Positions 33,308-33,460 of a DNA stretch of 33,460 nt are shown here, piece after piece. The position numbers and the translations under genes were made by a program. Each line of letters opens with the position of its first letter. The stretch's first letter is position 1. The notes beneath the pieces were generated by a model, which saw nothing but the letters and a program-made list of their open reading frames with translations, searched no databases and was not told the origin of the DNA. Source of the stretch: Acidobacteriota bacterium (GTDB taxonomy: Bacteria; Acidobacteriota; Polarisedimenticolia; CBDVAL01); assembly GCA_050115015.1 (NCBI GenBank), contig JASFRI010000001.1:1-33460 (forward strand). The letters run 5' to 3'.

Positions 33308-33460
33308 CTTCGCGGCCTGCCTCGCGGGGATCCGCGGGGAGGTCCGCGCAGCGGCGGCTGCGGACGCCCGGCCCCCCGACGTGGCGTCGGGGCTCCGGGC
33401 TCGATCTCCTCCTCCTCGCTCGGTGGGTCTTGCTCGTCGTCGTCGCACGCCGCGCCGCCC

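Noticed and set aside
33304-33460. Open minus-strand frame at the right edge (acidic ...DDDEQDPPSEEEEIEPG... ending at a TAG that overlaps the larB stop)
   Set aside because: All three minus frames are essentially open in this GC-rich tail, and the translated peptide is low complexity. It cannot be supported as a gene from 150 nt.

Overview
Very GC-rich bacterial chromosome segment centred on the replication origin. All homology calls come from motifs read by eye in the supplied translations; no searches were run. Left arm, minus strand: rpmH-rnpA-yidD-yidC-jag-mnmE-mnmG-rsmG, then a DedA/rhodanese fusion gene where parAB often sits. Right arm, plus strand: dnaA-dnaN-recF-gyrB-gyrA, a transaldolase, a three-gene biotin-dependent acyl-CoA carboxylase (carboxyltransferase, biotin carboxylase, BCCP) and a secreted M20 amidohydrolase. 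From about 24.4 kb the genes return to the minus strand: GGR-like flavoprotein, CFA-synthase-like methyltransferase, PmtA-like methyltransferase, secreted M1 aminopeptidase, HU, UbiA-family prenyltransferase, UbiX and a single-domain PilZ protein. A plus-strand larB closes the window. Many neighbouring genes overlap by 1 to 14 nt (ATGA/GTGA type), suggesting translational coupling. I found no rRNA, tRNA, CRISPR array, transposase or recognisable defence system, so most of the window is ordinary housekeeping. The long Arg/Pro/Ala/Gly-rich ORFs antisense to these genes are GC-composition artefacts. The strongest oddity is an in-frame TGA in the rhodanese active-site loop of the DedA-rhodanese gene. 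The missing half of the domain continues in the same frame and a SECIS-like hairpin follows, so this is either selenocysteine recoding (C-x-U motif) or a very recent nonsense lesion. Lesser observations: DnaA-box clusters on both sides of dnaA (candidate bipartite oriC); twin perfect 20-bp palindromes at the left edge; a roughly 160-bp MITE-like or structured element between the PilZ gene and ubiX; a roughly 160-aa acidic insert in Jag; and a possible lipid-tailoring operon.
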